Assembly (NCBI GenBank): GCA_029974275.1
Contig: JARKSN010000288.1
Coordinates: forward strand, 14,231-78,230
Direction: 5' to 3'
From: Candidatus Hydrogenedentota bacterium
GTDB lineage: Bacteria > Hydrogenedentota > Hydrogenedentia > Hydrogenedentales > SLHB01
Length of the DNA stretch: 64,000 nucleotides
Part shown: positions 1 to 9,982 of the stretch, one piece after another
Layout of the letters: each line of letters opens with the position of its first letter
Numbering within the stretch: the stretch's first letter is position 1
Translations under genes and position numbers: made by a program
The notes under the pieces: generated by a model
The model's database searches: none
Seen by the model: only the letters and a program-made list of their open reading frames with translations
What the model was told of the DNA's origin: nothing

Positions 1-813
1 ATAGAACCGCAACAGGGCCATCAAACCGCTAATCCACACCAGCACGAGAATGCCTGGAATGCCGCCCGATTCCAGCACGGAGGGAATCCAGCGGTTGGGC
101 CCGAGTTCGAGCGATGCGGTGATGCCCATGCAGACCAGCAACACGAGAAAGAGCGGGCGCATCAGCGTGGCGTGCACCATGCCGCTAAAGGAGATGCCCG
201 ACTGCAAACGTTCGGTCTTGGGAAATTTCTGGCCGATGAACAGGCGTCCGTAGATAACCGTCGGGACAAGGATGACGCACAACTTCAACTGCCACGAGGG
301 AATTCCCAGCTTATCCAGGAGGTAGGCGGCCAAACCGCCGATCACGATGCCGCCGGGAAACCAGACGTGGAACTGGTTCAGCTTGGCGGTCTTGCGCGTG
401 GGGTAGATGGTGGCGATCAGCGGATTGCAGGCCGCCTCCACCAGGCCGTTGCCCATCGCAATGGTAAGCTGACCTACCAGCAGCATGGTGAAGCCGGTCG
501 CGAAAATCATGATCAACACGCCGGCGAAATGGCAGACAAAGGCAAGCCACAACAGGAACCGCATGCCCAGCGCATCGCACAGCGGCCCAAAGATCAGGAT
601 GGATAGCGTAAAGCCCCACAATCCCGCGCCGCCGATCCAGCCCACCTGCTCGTTGGTCAGGATGAACTGTTCCTTCAACGGCCCCATGATCGCGCCCATG
701 ACCGCGAAATTCACCGCCGTGGCGATCAAAGCCAGACAACTCCCCTTGAAAAGCCGATCCGCGTTGATCCCCGGCAAATGGTTGCCTTCCAGCGTCGCCG
801 TAGTCGAACTCAT
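1..813 (-). CDS. MFS sugar permease, FucP/GluP (glucose-galactose/fucose:H+ symporter) family; N-terminal ~271 aa, gene continues beyond window start
   Basis: Manual translation of the minus strand from ATG at ~813 gives MSSTTATLEGNHLPGINADRLFKGSCLALIATAVNFAVMGAIMGPLKEQF...FHVWFPGGIVIGGLAAY.... It has multiple TM helices and a FucP-like motif (LVGQLTIAMGNGLVEAACNPLIATIYP). There is no stop before position 1, which is why it is absent from the ORF track. Confidence 0.7.
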   Translation of the reverse strand, partial: MSSTTATLEGNHLPGINADRLFKGSCLALIATAVNFAVMGAIMGPLKEQFILTNEQVGWIGGAGLWGFTLSILIFGPLCDALGMRFLLWLAFVCHFAGVLIMIFATGFTMLLVGQLTIAMGNGLVEAACNPLIATIYPTRKTAKLNQFHVWFPGGIVIGGLAAYLLDKLGIPSWQLKLCVILVPTVIYGRLFIGQKFPKTERLQSGISFSGMVHATLMRPLFLVLLVCMGITASLELGPNRWIPSVLESGGIPGILVLVWISGLMALLRFY

Positions 814-964
814 GGTTGCGGTTCTCCTCTCCCTTGCTATTCCCCCTCGGCATGACGGCCGCCGCACGTGCGACTGGCCACGATGGTACTTGCCGGGCGG
901 CGAACGATCAAGGGGGCCGCTGGTTCCGCGTTCCTGCCCCCGGCGCGACCGGCAAGCGCAGCGT

Positions 965-2392
965 TCAGTGCGACGCCTTCTGGGCCAACTCGCCAAACCG
1001 ATGCACCACGGCCAGCGCCGGGTCCAGCGGCACCTCCACGCGCGGCGTTCCCGCGGGCGTCGGTATCGGCGGGATCGCGCGAAGAGTCTTGCCCTGAAAC
1101 TGTGGAAGCCAGCGCGCCTCGGCCTCGAACATTTCCGCGACCATCTCCCGCGTTTCGCGCAAGGTCAACACCGCCGATGTCAGCGGGTCCATCGCCACGG
1201 CCAGGGCGGCCAAGTCCGGATCGCCGTCCATGGCGGCCCGAATCGCCAAGGTCTGGACGGTCACGTTGCTCTGGTTAAGCGCGGCGCATTGCGGCGGCAA
1301 CGCGCCCACGAACGTGGGATGGATGCCGAGCGCGTCGACGAAACACGGCACCTCCACGCAACAGCCGTGCGGCAGGTTCGTGATGTAGCCGTCGTTGCGC
1401 ACGTTGCCTTGCAGCTTGAACGGCTTGCCCGTCACCATGGCTTCGAGGATGTACGAGCAATATTCGACGCTGCGGTGGTCGAGCGCGGTGGGCTCGTCGG
1501 CCAGCAGGTCCTCGTTCTCCAGACGGTCGGCAATCAAGCGGCACCAGGAATAGTAGGCGCCGGTCTCGCCTCCAAACGACGGCTCGTCGCAATACGCGTC
1601 GAGCGCCTTCTGGTTTTTGCGGAACCACGGCACGTATTCCGATAAATGCCCGGTGCTCTCCGTCATGAAATAGCCGAAATGGCGCATGACTTCGATGCGC
1701 ACTTTCTCGTTGACGTAGAACTCGGGCCTTTCGCAGCGCTCCTTGAACAGCGGGTAGAGGTCTTGCCCCTTGTGTTGAAGCGAGAGGAACCAGCCCATGT
1801 GGTTGATGCCCGCGACGAGCGCGTCGATCTCCTGCTTGGGCGCGTCCACGTAGCGCGCAATGAGGTCGAGCGTCGTTTGCACGCCGTGACACAGCCCGAT
1901 GAAGGGCAGCCCGGGGACGGTCGCAAGGGCCCCGCACACCATGCCCATCGGATTCACGTAGTTGAGCAAACACGCCTTTGGGCAAAGCTCCTGCATGTCG
2001 CGCACGATGTCGAGCATCACGGGAATCGTCCGCAATGCGCGGAAGACGCCGCCCGGCCCCAGTGAATCGCCGATGCACTGGTCCACGCCGTGTTTGAGCG
2101 GTATTTTGTAGTCCAGTTCGAACGCGTCAACCCCGCCCACTTGCAGCATGACGATGACGAAATCGGCGTCGCGGAGGGCTTCGCGCCGGTCAAGCGTGAC
2201 GCTGATCTTGGCGTCGAGGCGGTTATCCCGAATGACGCGGTCCGTGAAGCGCTTGACGCGCTCAAGCTTGGGCAGCGTGCGGCTCATCAGGCGAAACTCG
2301 CTGTTCCGCAGCGACGGCGTCGCCAGAATGTCCATGATGAGCGTCTTGCAAAAAACGATGCTTCCCGCGCCGATCATTGCGATCTTCGGCAT
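965..2392 (-). CDS. Glycoside hydrolase family 4 (NAD+/Mn2+-dependent alpha-glucosidase / 6-phospho-glucosidase-like)
   Basis: ORF 965..2485(-). The internal start MPKIAMIGAGS is a typical GH4 Rossmann N-terminus with GGAGG 8 nt upstream. Conserved GH4 core (CHGV..., NHMGWF). Confidence 0.85.
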   Translation of the reverse strand: MPKIAMIGAGSIVFCKTLIMDILATPSLRNSEFRLMSRTLPKLERVKRFTDRVIRDNRLDAKISVTLDRREALRDADFVIVMLQVGGVDAFELDYKIPLKHGVDQCIGDSLGPGGVFRALRTIPVMLDIVRDMQELCPKACLLNYVNPMGMVCGALATVPGLPFIGLCHGVQTTLDLIARYVDAPKQEIDALVAGINHMGWFLSLQHKGQDLYPLFKERCERPEFYVNEKVRIEVMRHFGYFMTESTGHLSEYVPWFRKNQKALDAYCDEPSFGGETGAYYSWCRLIADRLENEDLLADEPTALDHRSVEYCSYILEAMVTGKPFKLQGNVRNDGYITNLPHGCCVEVPCFVDALGIHPTFVGALPPQCAALNQSNVTVQTLAIRAAMDGDPDLAALAVAMDPLTSAVLTLRETREMVAEMFEAEARWLPQFQGKTLRAIPPIPTPAGTPRVEVPLDPALAVVHRFGELAQKASH

Positions 2393-2474
2393 GTCGCGTC
2401 CTCCCCGTTTACGGTTGTTCCCTTGCAACGCCGCAGTATAGCACAGCCCGTTTTCGCGCGTCTTGGGAAACGCG

Positions 2475-5400
2475 CTATTTTCCATCCTGGACGTGGTATT
2501 CCTGCAACGACATCACCTCCGGCCTGCCGTCGCGCATGGCGCGAATGCCGAGAACGCCTGCCTTGGCGGCGGCGATGGTGGTCATGATGGGGAGGCCGCG
2601 CTCGATGGCGGTGCGGCGGATGGCGCGTTCGTCGGCCTTGGACTCGATGCCGCGGGGCGTGTTGATGATCCAGTCCACTTCGCCGTTGATCATGCGGTCA
2701 ACGATGTGCGGGCGCATGTCGTCGCCGACTTTGTAGACCTCCTGGACCTCGACGCCCTGTTCGCGCAAGGCCTGCGCCGTGCCGCGCGTGGCCATGATCG
2801 TGAAACCGAGATAGGCCAGGTCTTGGCCAAGGGTCCCCATCTTCGCCTTGTCGTGATCGTTGAGGCTGATGAAGACGGCGCCGCCTTGCGGGATGCAACT
2901 GCCCGCCGCGATCTGACTCTTGGCGAACGCCATGCCCATGCTGCGGTCGATGCCCATGACTTCGCCGGTGCTGCGCATCTCCGGCCCGAGCAGGATGTCG
3001 ACGCCGGGAAACTTGATGAACGGCAGCACTACTTCCTTCGCGGACACGTGCGTGGGCCACGGGTCTTGCGTGATGCCGAGTTCACGCAGGGTCTTTCCCG
3101 CCATCACGCGCGCGGCAATCTTGGCGAGCGGCAGCCCGGTGGCCTTGCTGACGAACGGCACGGTGCGCGAGGCGCGCGGGTTCACTTCGAGCAGGTAGAT
3201 GACGTCGTCCTGCACCGCGTACTGGATGTTCATCAGGCCGATGACGTTCAGCTCGCGCGCAAGAGCGCGGGTCTGTTCTTTGAGGCGGTCAATGAGCGAC
3301 TGGCTGAGGTCGTACGGCGGCAGGATGCACGCGCTGTCGCCGCTGTGGACGCCGGCTTCCTCGATGTGCTGCATGATGCCCGCGACGATGACGTCGGTCC
3401 CGTCGGCCAACGCGTCGACGTCGATCTCCGTCGCACCTTCGATGAATTTGTCGATGAGGATCGGGTGCTCGGGCGAGGCCTTCACCGCGCGGGTCATGTA
3501 ACGATCGAGCGATTCCTGGTTGTAGACGATTTCCATCGCGCGTCCGCCCAGCACGAACGAAGGTCGCACCACAACGGGATAGCCAATGCGCTCGGCCACC
3601 ACGCGCGCTTCCTCCACCGACGTCGCGGTGTCGTTCGCGGGCTGCAGCAGGCCAAGTTTCTCGACAAGTTCGCGAAACTCCTTGCGATCCTCGGCGCGCG
3701 CGATGCTGTCGGGCGACGTGCCGATGATGGGCACGCCCGCTTTCCATAACGCCCGCGCCAGATTCAGCGGCGTCTGCCCGCCAAACTGCACGATCACGCC
3801 CTTGGGCTTCTCGCGCTCGCAAATGTTCAACACGTCTTCCAGCGTGACCGGCTCGAAGTAGAGCCGGTCCGAGGTGTCGTAGTCCGTCGAGACGGTTTCG
3901 GGGTTGCTGTTGACCATGATGGTCTCGTAGCCGTCGCCTTTGAGCGCGAACGCGGCGTGCACGCAGCAATAATCGAACTCGATGCCCTGCCCGATGCGAT
4001 TGGGGCCGCCGCCGAGGATCATGATCTTCTCCTTGGCCGTCGGACGCACCTCGTCTTCGTCTTGATACGTAGAGTAATAGTAGGGCGTATATGCCTCGAA
4101 TTCGGCGGCGCAGGTGTCCACTAGCTTATACGTCGGAATGATTCCGTGTTTTTGGCGCAGTTCGCGCACTTCCAGCGGCTTCATGTTCCAGAGATGCCCA
4201 AGCTGGTTGTCGCTGAACCCGAATTCCTTTGCCCGGCGCAACGTCGCGGCATCGTCGGGATTCGCGCCGCGCAACGCATCTTCTTCCTCGATGATCTCGC
4301 GCAGGTTCCGCAAGAACCACGGGTCGATCGCCGTCGCATCGAACAACTCCTCGACCGTCGCGCCGGCGCGAATCGCGCGCGCAAGCTGCAGGATGCGCTC
4401 GGGCGTCGTCGTGCGCACGGCCTTCAGCAGCGCATCCTTTTCTTCCTGCGACGTTGGATCGCCGGTGATCGATTCGTCCTTGCCGTCGCAACCGAGACCG
4501 AAACGCCCGATTTCGAGCGAACGCATTGCCTTTTGCAACGACTCCTTGAACGTGCGCCCGATGCTCATCACCTCGCCGACGCTCTTCATTTGCACGGTGA
4601 GGTTGTCGGACGAGCCGGGGAATTTCTCGAAGGCCCAGCGCGGCACCTTCGTCACGACGTAGTCGATGGTCGGCTCGAACGAGGCCGGGGTTTCGCGCGT
4701 GATGTCGTTCGGGATTTCGTTGAGCGCATAGCCGACGGCGAGTTTTGCGGCGATCTTCGCGATAGGGAAGCCGGTCGCCTTCGACGCCAGCGCCGAACTG
4801 CGCGACACGCGCGGGTTCATCTCGATCACGACCATGCGCCCGGTTTTCGGGTCAAGGCCGAACTGGATGTTCGAGCCGCCGGTGTCCACGCCGATCTCGC
4901 GGATGCACGCGATCGCGGCGTCGCGCATGATCTGGTATTCCTTGTCCGTCAGCGTTTGCGCGGGCGCGACGGTGATGCTGTCGCCGGTATGGATGCCCAT
5001 CGGATCGAAGTTTTCAATCGAGCAGATGATCACGACGTTGTCGTGCAGATCGCGCATCACTTCGAGTTCGTACTCTTTCCAGCCGAGCACGGATTCCTCG
5101 ATCAAAATTTCCGTGATCGGACTCGCATCGAGGCCTTTTTGAACGGCTTCTTCATACTCCTCGCGGTTGAACGACACGCCCGCGCCCGAACCGCCCAGCG
5201 TGAACGCAGGACGAATGATGGCTTTGTACCCGAGTTCCACGCCAAACGCCCGCGCCTCGGCGAGCGAATGGACGACGAGACTGCGCGGCACTTCGAGGCC
5301 GCACCGGATCATGGCTTCCTTGAACAGGCCGCGATCTTCGGCTTTCTTGATGGCGTGCAATTTCGCGCCGATGAGTTCGCAGCCATACTTCTCGAGCACG

Positions 5401-5717
5401 CCCGATTCCGCCAACTCGACCGCCAGATTCAGGCCGGTCTGACCGCCAACCGTCGGCAACAACGCGTCCGGGCGTTCGCGTTCGATAATGCGTTCGAGCG
5501 TCTCGGCAGTCAACGGTTCGATGTACGTGCGGTCGGCTGTTTCGGGATCGGTCATGATCGTCGCGGGATTGCTGTTCGCGAGGATGACTTCGTATCCCTC
5601 TTCGCGCAACGCCTTGCATGCCTGCGTGCCCGAGTAATCGAATTCACAAGCCTGACCAATCACAATCGGCCCGGATCCAATGAGCATGATCTTGTGGATG
5701 TCGGTTCGCTTCGGCAT
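2475..5717 (-). CDS. carB: Carbamoyl-phosphate synthase large subunit
   Basis: 1081-aa product starting [37 protein letters not shown]. It has two ATP-grasp halves and a C-terminal MGS-like domain, diagnostic of CarB. The upstream extension of the ORF runs into the palindromic repeat. Confidence 0.95.
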   Translation of the reverse strand: MPKRTDIHKIMLIGSGPIVIGQACEFDYSGTQACKALREEGYEVILANSNPATIMTDPETADRTYIEPLTAETLERIIERERPDALLPTVGGQTGLNLAVELAESGVLEKYGCELIGAKLHAIKKAEDRGLFKEAMIRCGLEVPRSLVVHSLAEARAFGVELGYKAIIRPAFTLGGSGAGVSFNREEYEEAVQKGLDASPITEILIEESVLGWKEYELEVMRDLHDNVVIICSIENFDPMGIHTGDSITVAPAQTLTDKEYQIMRDAAIACIREIGVDTGGSNIQFGLDPKTGRMVVIEMNPRVSRSSALASKATGFPIAKIAAKLAVGYALNEIPNDITRETPASFEPTIDYVVTKVPRWAFEKFPGSSDNLTVQMKSVGEVMSIGRTFKESLQKAMRSLEIGRFGLGCDGKDESITGDPTSQEEKDALLKAVRTTTPERILQLARAIRAGATVEELFDATAIDPWFLRNLREIIEEEDALRGANPDDAATLRRAKEFGFSDNQLGHLWNMKPLEVRELRQKHGIIPTYKLVDTCAAEFEAYTPYYYSTYQDEDEVRPTAKEKIMILGGGPNRIGQGIEFDYCCVHAAFALKGDGYETIMVNSNPETVSTDYDTSDRLYFEPVTLEDVLNICEREKPKGVIVQFGGQTPLNLARALWKAGVPIIGTSPDSIARAEDRKEFRELVEKLGLLQPANDTATSVEEARVVAERIGYPVVVRPSFVLGGRAMEIVYNQESLDRYMTRAVKASPEHPILIDKFIEGATEIDVDALADGTDVIVAGIMQHIEEAGVHSGDSACILPPYDLSQSLIDRLKEQTRALARELNVIGLMNIQYAVQDDVIYLLEVNPRASRTVPFVSKATGLPLAKIAARVMAGKTLRELGITQDPWPTHVSAKEVVLPFIKFPGVDILLGPEMRSTGEVMGIDRSMGMAFAKSQIAAGSCIPQGGAVFISLNDHDKAKMGTLGQDLAYLGFTIMATRGTAQALREQGVEVQEVYKVGDDMRPHIVDRMINGEVDWIINTPRGIESKADERAIRRTAIERGLPIMTTIAAAKAGVLGIRAMRDGRPEVMSLQEYHVQDGK

Positions 5718-5743
5718 GTTGGTTCCTTTTGTTGAGTTGCGAT

Positions 5744-5888
5744 CTGGGGGAACCCTTCTTGTAAGAAGGGTTCCCCCAGACCCCTTCCCCAGAACTTTTA
5801 CCGGCGCTTCGCGCAACGTATGCGCAGCACTCAAAAGTTTCTGGAAGGGGGTTTTGGGAAAAACCTCTTTCCAAAGAGGTTCGCCCCA
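5744..5888. repeat. Family-1 nested palindromic intergenic repeat, copy A (between greA stop and carB start)
   Basis: Hairpin GGGGGAACCCTTCTTGTAAGAAGGGTTCCCCC + AGACCCCTTCC + central palindrome CCAGAACTTTT...GCGCAACGTATGCGC...AAAAGTTTCTGG + GGAAGGGGG + hairpin GGGAAAAACCTCTTTCCAAAGAGGTTCGCCCC. Homologous copies at ~21134 and ~47535. Confidence 0.8.
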
Positions 5889-5896
5889 ATTTTCTG

Positions 5897-6364
5897 CTAC
5901 CGCGAAATCTCGAGAATTTCCAATTCCAATGTGCCCGCAGGGACCTTTGCGGAGACCACATCGCCGACGGATTTGCCCAGGAGGGCTTCCCCGACCGGCG
6001 AGCGCATCGAGATTTTCCCGCTGGCCATATCCGCTTCGACAGGGCTCACGAGCATATACGTGAACGTCTTTTTCGTTTTCGTATTGAGCACCTTGACCGT
6101 CGCGCCGACATACGCTTTGCTCGCGTCGATGGCGCTATCGTCGACGATGGTTGCCCGGGCGATTTTGTCCTCGAGATCGCGGATTTTCGCATGATTCATG
6201 GCCTGCGCTTCCTTGGCGGCATGGTACTCGGCGTTTTCGCGCAAGTCGCCGAAGCTCCGTGCATGCTCGATGGTCGCGGCGATTTTCGACGTTTGTTCGC
6301 GGCAATGTTCGAGTTCCGCTTTCAGTTTGTCGAGGCCTTCTTGGGTGACGTGCAGTTTTTGCAT
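5897..6364 (-). CDS. greA: Transcription elongation factor GreA
   Basis: 155 aa. N-terminal coiled-coil plus C-terminal FKBP-like domain. Strong identity to GreA ([20 protein letters not shown]...GDLRENAEY...). Confidence 0.95.
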   Translation of the reverse strand: MQKLHVTQEGLDKLKAELEHCREQTSKIAATIEHARSFGDLRENAEYHAAKEAQAMNHAKIRDLEDKIARATIVDDSAIDASKAYVGATVKVLNTKTKKTFTYMLVSPVEADMASGKISMRSPVGEALLGKSVGDVVSAKVPAGTLELEILEISR

Positions 6365-6556
6365 AACGATACCGTTTCCGCATACGTGCTGATGATGACG
6401 GCGTTCTAGACGGCGGGAGCCCCGCTCCGGGGCAAAATGATGAAAAACATCCCGCCAAGTCGAAGGATTATACCAGACGGCCTTTCCGAGTCCAACTGCC
6501 AGGCCCCGATTCGAGCTGGAGAAGCCGTTCTGGCGCCGGGAAGTCTCCTGCGGCTC

Positions 6557-8224
6557 TTACGAACCGTCTCCAAGGGACGTTATCAGCGCCAATCGGCGAC
6601 GCGCCTCGTCGTCGTCCGGATTGAGCCGGAGGGTGGCGGCGTAATGCTCGGCGGCTTTATCGAATTGCCCGGACATGGCCAGCGCGTTGGCGAGATTCAC
6701 GTGGGCGTCGGGGTTGCCGGGGGCCAGCGCGACGGCCTGTTCCAGGCGCTGGACGGCCGTGGCCAAGTCGCCGCGCATGCCGCTGACGATGCCCAGGTTG
6801 ATGATGGCGCGCACGTGCCCTGGCTTAAGGCGCAGGGCCGTCTCGAACTGTTCTTGCGCGCCGTCGAGATCATTTTTCACGAGCAAGGCGTGGCCAAGGT
6901 TTGTGCAGGCGACCGGGTTTGGCCCGGTAACGGCGATCGCGTGGCGGAAGAGGGTCTCGCTGTCGCGCCATGAACGAACCGCCGCATGGGCGCGTACGGC
7001 ATAGGCGGCGACCAGCGCGATCGCCATCAGTGCCGCGAACTTCTGCGCCATCGGCCTGCTGCGCGTCGTCGCGGCGACGGCCCACGCCGCCGCGATGAAA
7101 AGTCCGATGGCAGGCAAGTAGGTGTAGCGGTCGGCTCGCGCCATGGATCCGACCTGGACCAGGCCGATGACAGGCAGCAGCGTGATGAAAAACCAGAGGA
7201 TTCCGACCGTGACGCAGGGCATTTTCCGGCGAAGCGCCACGCCCGCCCCCAGCATGACGGCTACTATCGCCGCGGCGCCAAGCAGGTGAAGTGGCGGCGG
7301 ATAGCCGTTCGGATGGGGGTAGAATACCGCAAGGCGCGCGGGCCAAAGCAGGTCGACCGCATAGTGTCCATACGACATCATCGCATTGGCCGCGCGCACC
7401 GCAACCGGGTATGTCTCCAGGTCTCTGACGGCGCCCCCGGCATGCTGTGCGGCAAGCGTCACGATGGCGGATGCGGCCGACAGCGCGCCAAGAGGGGCTT
7501 TCTCGGCAACCAGCCATTTCCAACTCGTCGATCCGTTTCGACTGCGTCCGAGCGGCCACATGTCCAGCAACAGCAACGCGATCGGCAGGGTGACGGCCAT
7601 CGGCTTGGACAGCAGCGCCAGCGCACAGCACAACGCAACCCCCAGGTAACGCCGGATCGACGGAGCCAGCGCATACCGGTGGTATGCGGCCATCGCGAGC
7701 ATCCAAAATAGTCCGCAGAGCAAGTCCTTGCGCTCGGCCACCCATGCCACCGATTCGACGTGCAACGGATGCGCCCCGAACAACGCCGCCACCGCCACGC
7801 TCGGCCACAGCGCCCCCGTCATCCGCCCCAACGTCCACGCAAGCAGAACGGCATTGATCGCGTGAATCATGACATTGACGGCATGGTGGCCGCGCGGATT
7901 CATGCCGAACAGCGAAACGTCGGCCATGTGGGATATCCAGGCAAGCGGATGCCAGTTGGCGGCATGCGTCGCGGCGAACGCCCACCGCACGGCGTCCCAC
8001 GTCAATCCGCCGCGAACGTGCGGATTCTCGACGACGTAGCGGTTGTCGTCGTAATTGATGAATTCGTGCGCGAGGACAGGAACGTAAACGGCCCCGACAA
8101 GCAACGCCAACGCCCCGGCCGCGCTCGCAAACCGCCATGCGCCGGTCCGCGCCGCCGCCTCTTCCGGTTCCCGTCTCAGCATGCCCATGAAGGGTATCGT
8201 AGGTGCGCCTCGGGCGCGTGTCAA
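6557..8224 (-). CDS. Polytopic membrane protein with C-terminal TPR repeats, PMT/TMTC-like (DUF1736) putative glycosyltransferase
   Basis: 555 aa with ~10 TM segments (NPHV..., LHVESVAWVAERKDLL motif typical of TMTC/DUF1736) followed by 4-5 TPR repeats (RLKPGHVRAIINLG..., LRLNPDDDEARRRLA). Start codon uncertain (MTRARG at 8224 or MGML at ~8188). Confidence 0.7.
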   Translation of the reverse strand: MTRARGAPTIPFMGMLRREPEEAAARTGAWRFASAAGALALLVGAVYVPVLAHEFINYDDNRYVVENPHVRGGLTWDAVRWAFAATHAANWHPLAWISHMADVSLFGMNPRGHHAVNVMIHAINAVLLAWTLGRMTGALWPSVAVAALFGAHPLHVESVAWVAERKDLLCGLFWMLAMAAYHRYALAPSIRRYLGVALCCALALLSKPMAVTLPIALLLLDMWPLGRSRNGSTSWKWLVAEKAPLGALSAASAIVTLAAQHAGGAVRDLETYPVAVRAANAMMSYGHYAVDLLWPARLAVFYPHPNGYPPPLHLLGAAAIVAVMLGAGVALRRKMPCVTVGILWFFITLLPVIGLVQVGSMARADRYTYLPAIGLFIAAAWAVAATTRSRPMAQKFAALMAIALVAAYAVRAHAAVRSWRDSETLFRHAIAVTGPNPVACTNLGHALLVKNDLDGAQEQFETALRLKPGHVRAIINLGIVSGMRGDLATAVQRLEQAVALAPGNPDAHVNLANALAMSGQFDKAAEHYAATLRLNPDDDEARRRLALITSLGDGS

Positions 8225-8613
8225 GACGAAGGATGGGAGGTATCGTCGCGAGACGGGGGTTCGGCGTCCTCCGCGGCGGAAGAGGGCAGATTTTGGTAGG
8301 GGTCATCGGCTGGCGGCGCGACTTCCCGCAGGGGATCCGCCGGCGCTTTTGGATCCCCGTCGACCGCCGCCGTCACCGATTCGACCAGCCGCTGGATATA
8401 CGTTTCGGGGTCGTGTCGGGAAAGCCGCGTCAATTCGTGCTTGACCGGATTGAGTTCGTCCGCGATCTCCCGCTTGGCCTCTTCAAAATATCGGCGAATA
8501 TCCCGGTAGGTTTTTATCGCAATCCGCGCGTATTGCGGAAATTTTTCCGGTCCTAAGATGATCAGGGCCACCGCCGCCAACAGCAGGAATTCAGGAAAAT
8601 CCATATTGAACAT
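8221..8613 (-). CDS. tatB: Sec-independent protein translocase, TatA/TatB family (TatB-like, 130 aa)
   Basis: Tail of ORF 8221..9369(-). Start MFNMDFPEFLLLAAVALIILGPEKFP is a TatA/B N-terminal TM plus amphipathic helix with an acidic/Pro-rich tail. It lies 2 nt downstream of tatC. Confidence 0.8.
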   Translation of the reverse strand: MFNMDFPEFLLLAAVALIILGPEKFPQYARIAIKTYRDIRRYFEEAKREIADELNPVKHELTRLSRHDPETYIQRLVESVTAAVDGDPKAPADPLREVAPPADDPYQNLPSSAAEDAEPPSRDDTSHPSS

Positions 8614-8615
8614 GG

Positions 8616-9419
8616 CTACCCTTCTTTCCGCGCGGACGCCTGCCGCCGCCGCAGCACCAGGTACGATGCCCATATGCTCAATTCGTACAACAACACGAGA
8701 GGGGCGCCCATCAGCAGCATGGACAACGCATCGGGGGGCGTAATGACTGCCGCAAGCGCGAACAAGCCGACGATGACCACGCGCCGGTATCGGCGAAGCA
8801 CGGCCGGCGTAAGAAGGCCTGCATGCACCAACACCAGCACCACCATGGGAAACTGAAACGCCGCCGCGAAACCCAACAGCCCTTTCAGAATGATGCCGAC
8901 GGTCTCGCTCATGCGCAGGTTGATGCTCACGCCCGCAGGCGCATATTGCACGATATAGGGCAGAACCAACGGAAACACCAGGAAATACGCAACGCATACG
9001 CCCGCCAGCACAAGCGTCGCCGAACCGATAAGCAGGAATTTCGCCGCAGCTCGTTCGCCCGGCTTCAATCCCGGAAATACAAACAGGCACAGTTGAAAGA
9101 TGACGTACGGGAGCGCCACCACAATGCCGGCATAGGCGCTTAGCTTGAATTGAACCACAAAGGGCTCGAATGGATTGAGGGCGGTCATCCCAATCGGACG
9201 AGATGGCGTCGCGTCGGCGTGCGGCGCGGGCGCCTCCGGGGCAGGCCCATCCGGCGTCACCGTCAGCACCCCCTGGCGCTGCAAGGGCCCCAATGGCTTG
9301 ATCGTCCACGCGAAAATGTGGTTGTAGAAGAGACAACACACGAAAATCGAAACGAGGATCGCCGCGCACGATCGGATGACGCGCGTCCGCAATTCACTAA
9401 GATGCTCGATGAAGGTCAT
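8616..9419 (-). CDS. tatC: Twin-arginine translocase subunit TatC
   Basis: ORF 8616..9476(-). Start MTFIEHLSELRTRVIRS is a canonical TatC N-terminus with 6 TM segments. Confidence 0.9.
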   Translation of the reverse strand: MTFIEHLSELRTRVIRSCAAILVSIFVCCLFYNHIFAWTIKPLGPLQRQGVLTVTPDGPAPEAPAPHADATPSRPIGMTALNPFEPFVVQFKLSAYAGIVVALPYVIFQLCLFVFPGLKPGERAAAKFLLIGSATLVLAGVCVAYFLVFPLVLPYIVQYAPAGVSINLRMSETVGIILKGLLGFAAAFQFPMVVLVLVHAGLLTPAVLRRYRRVVIVGLFALAAVITPPDALSMLLMGAPLVLLYELSIWASYLVLRRRQASARKEG

Positions 9420-9579
9420 CCGGGCTTCATCTTCTGACACGGCTTTCACCTCAACGTTTGCTCCGCGCCTTCGCACATCGCCATGCGGCGTCCTGGCAGC
9501 ATTGTATGCCTACGAGTGTTGCGGCGGGCTTCTTTTCACCGGGCGTTTGGAACGCGCAGCGCGTATGCGGAAAAAGGCG

Positions 9580-9954
9580 CTAGAACAACGTCCCTTGAGA
9601 ACCGGGTTGTTCCAACGAGACGGGGCGCACGGAAACCGGATGGTCTTCGTTGCCGCTTGCAGGCGCCTCGGAGACCGGGCTGCGTTGCACCCATTCCTTG
9701 AGAGCCTTGCCGGGCTTGAACGAGGCGATTCGCTTGCGTTCGATCGGAACTTCTTCCCCCGTGCGCGGGTTGCGCCCCATGCGAGCGTCGCGGCCCTTCA
9801 CTTCAAACACGCCGAAATTGCGGATTTCAAGCCGTTCGCCCTGCGCCAGGGAATCGATGATCAAATCCAACGCCGCCTGGACAACGCTCGCGACCTCGTT
9901 CTGCGTATATCCCAACCGTTCCGAGATCTCGGCGACCAGTTCCCGTTTTGTCAC
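9580..9954 (-). CDS. HU/IHF family DNA-binding protein (IHF-beta-like)
   Basis: 124 aa. MTKRELVAEISERL...GERLEIRNFGVFEVKGRDARMGRNPRTGEEV matches the IHF/HU fold signature, with a Pro-rich C-terminal tail. Confidence 0.85.
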   Translation of the reverse strand: MTKRELVAEISERLGYTQNEVASVVQAALDLIIDSLAQGERLEIRNFGVFEVKGRDARMGRNPRTGEEVPIERKRIASFKPGKALKEWVQRSPVSEAPASGNEDHPVSVRPVSLEQPGSQGTLF

Positions 9955-9982
9955 GTTCCCTTCCTTTCGACCTGCCGGCCGG

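Noticed and set aside
485-1645. 386-aa plus-strand ORF, and other long GC-artefact ORFs (22781-23923 -, 24164-26035 -, 28086-29369 +, 36413-37336 -, 38709-40448 +, 40219-41853 +, 61554-63203 +)
   Set aside because: All are antisense to strongly supported genes (MFS/GH4, TPR lipoprotein, GH-like, U32, sufS, zwf, Wzy-like, prs/tRNA). They have R/A/G/P-rich composition and no homology.
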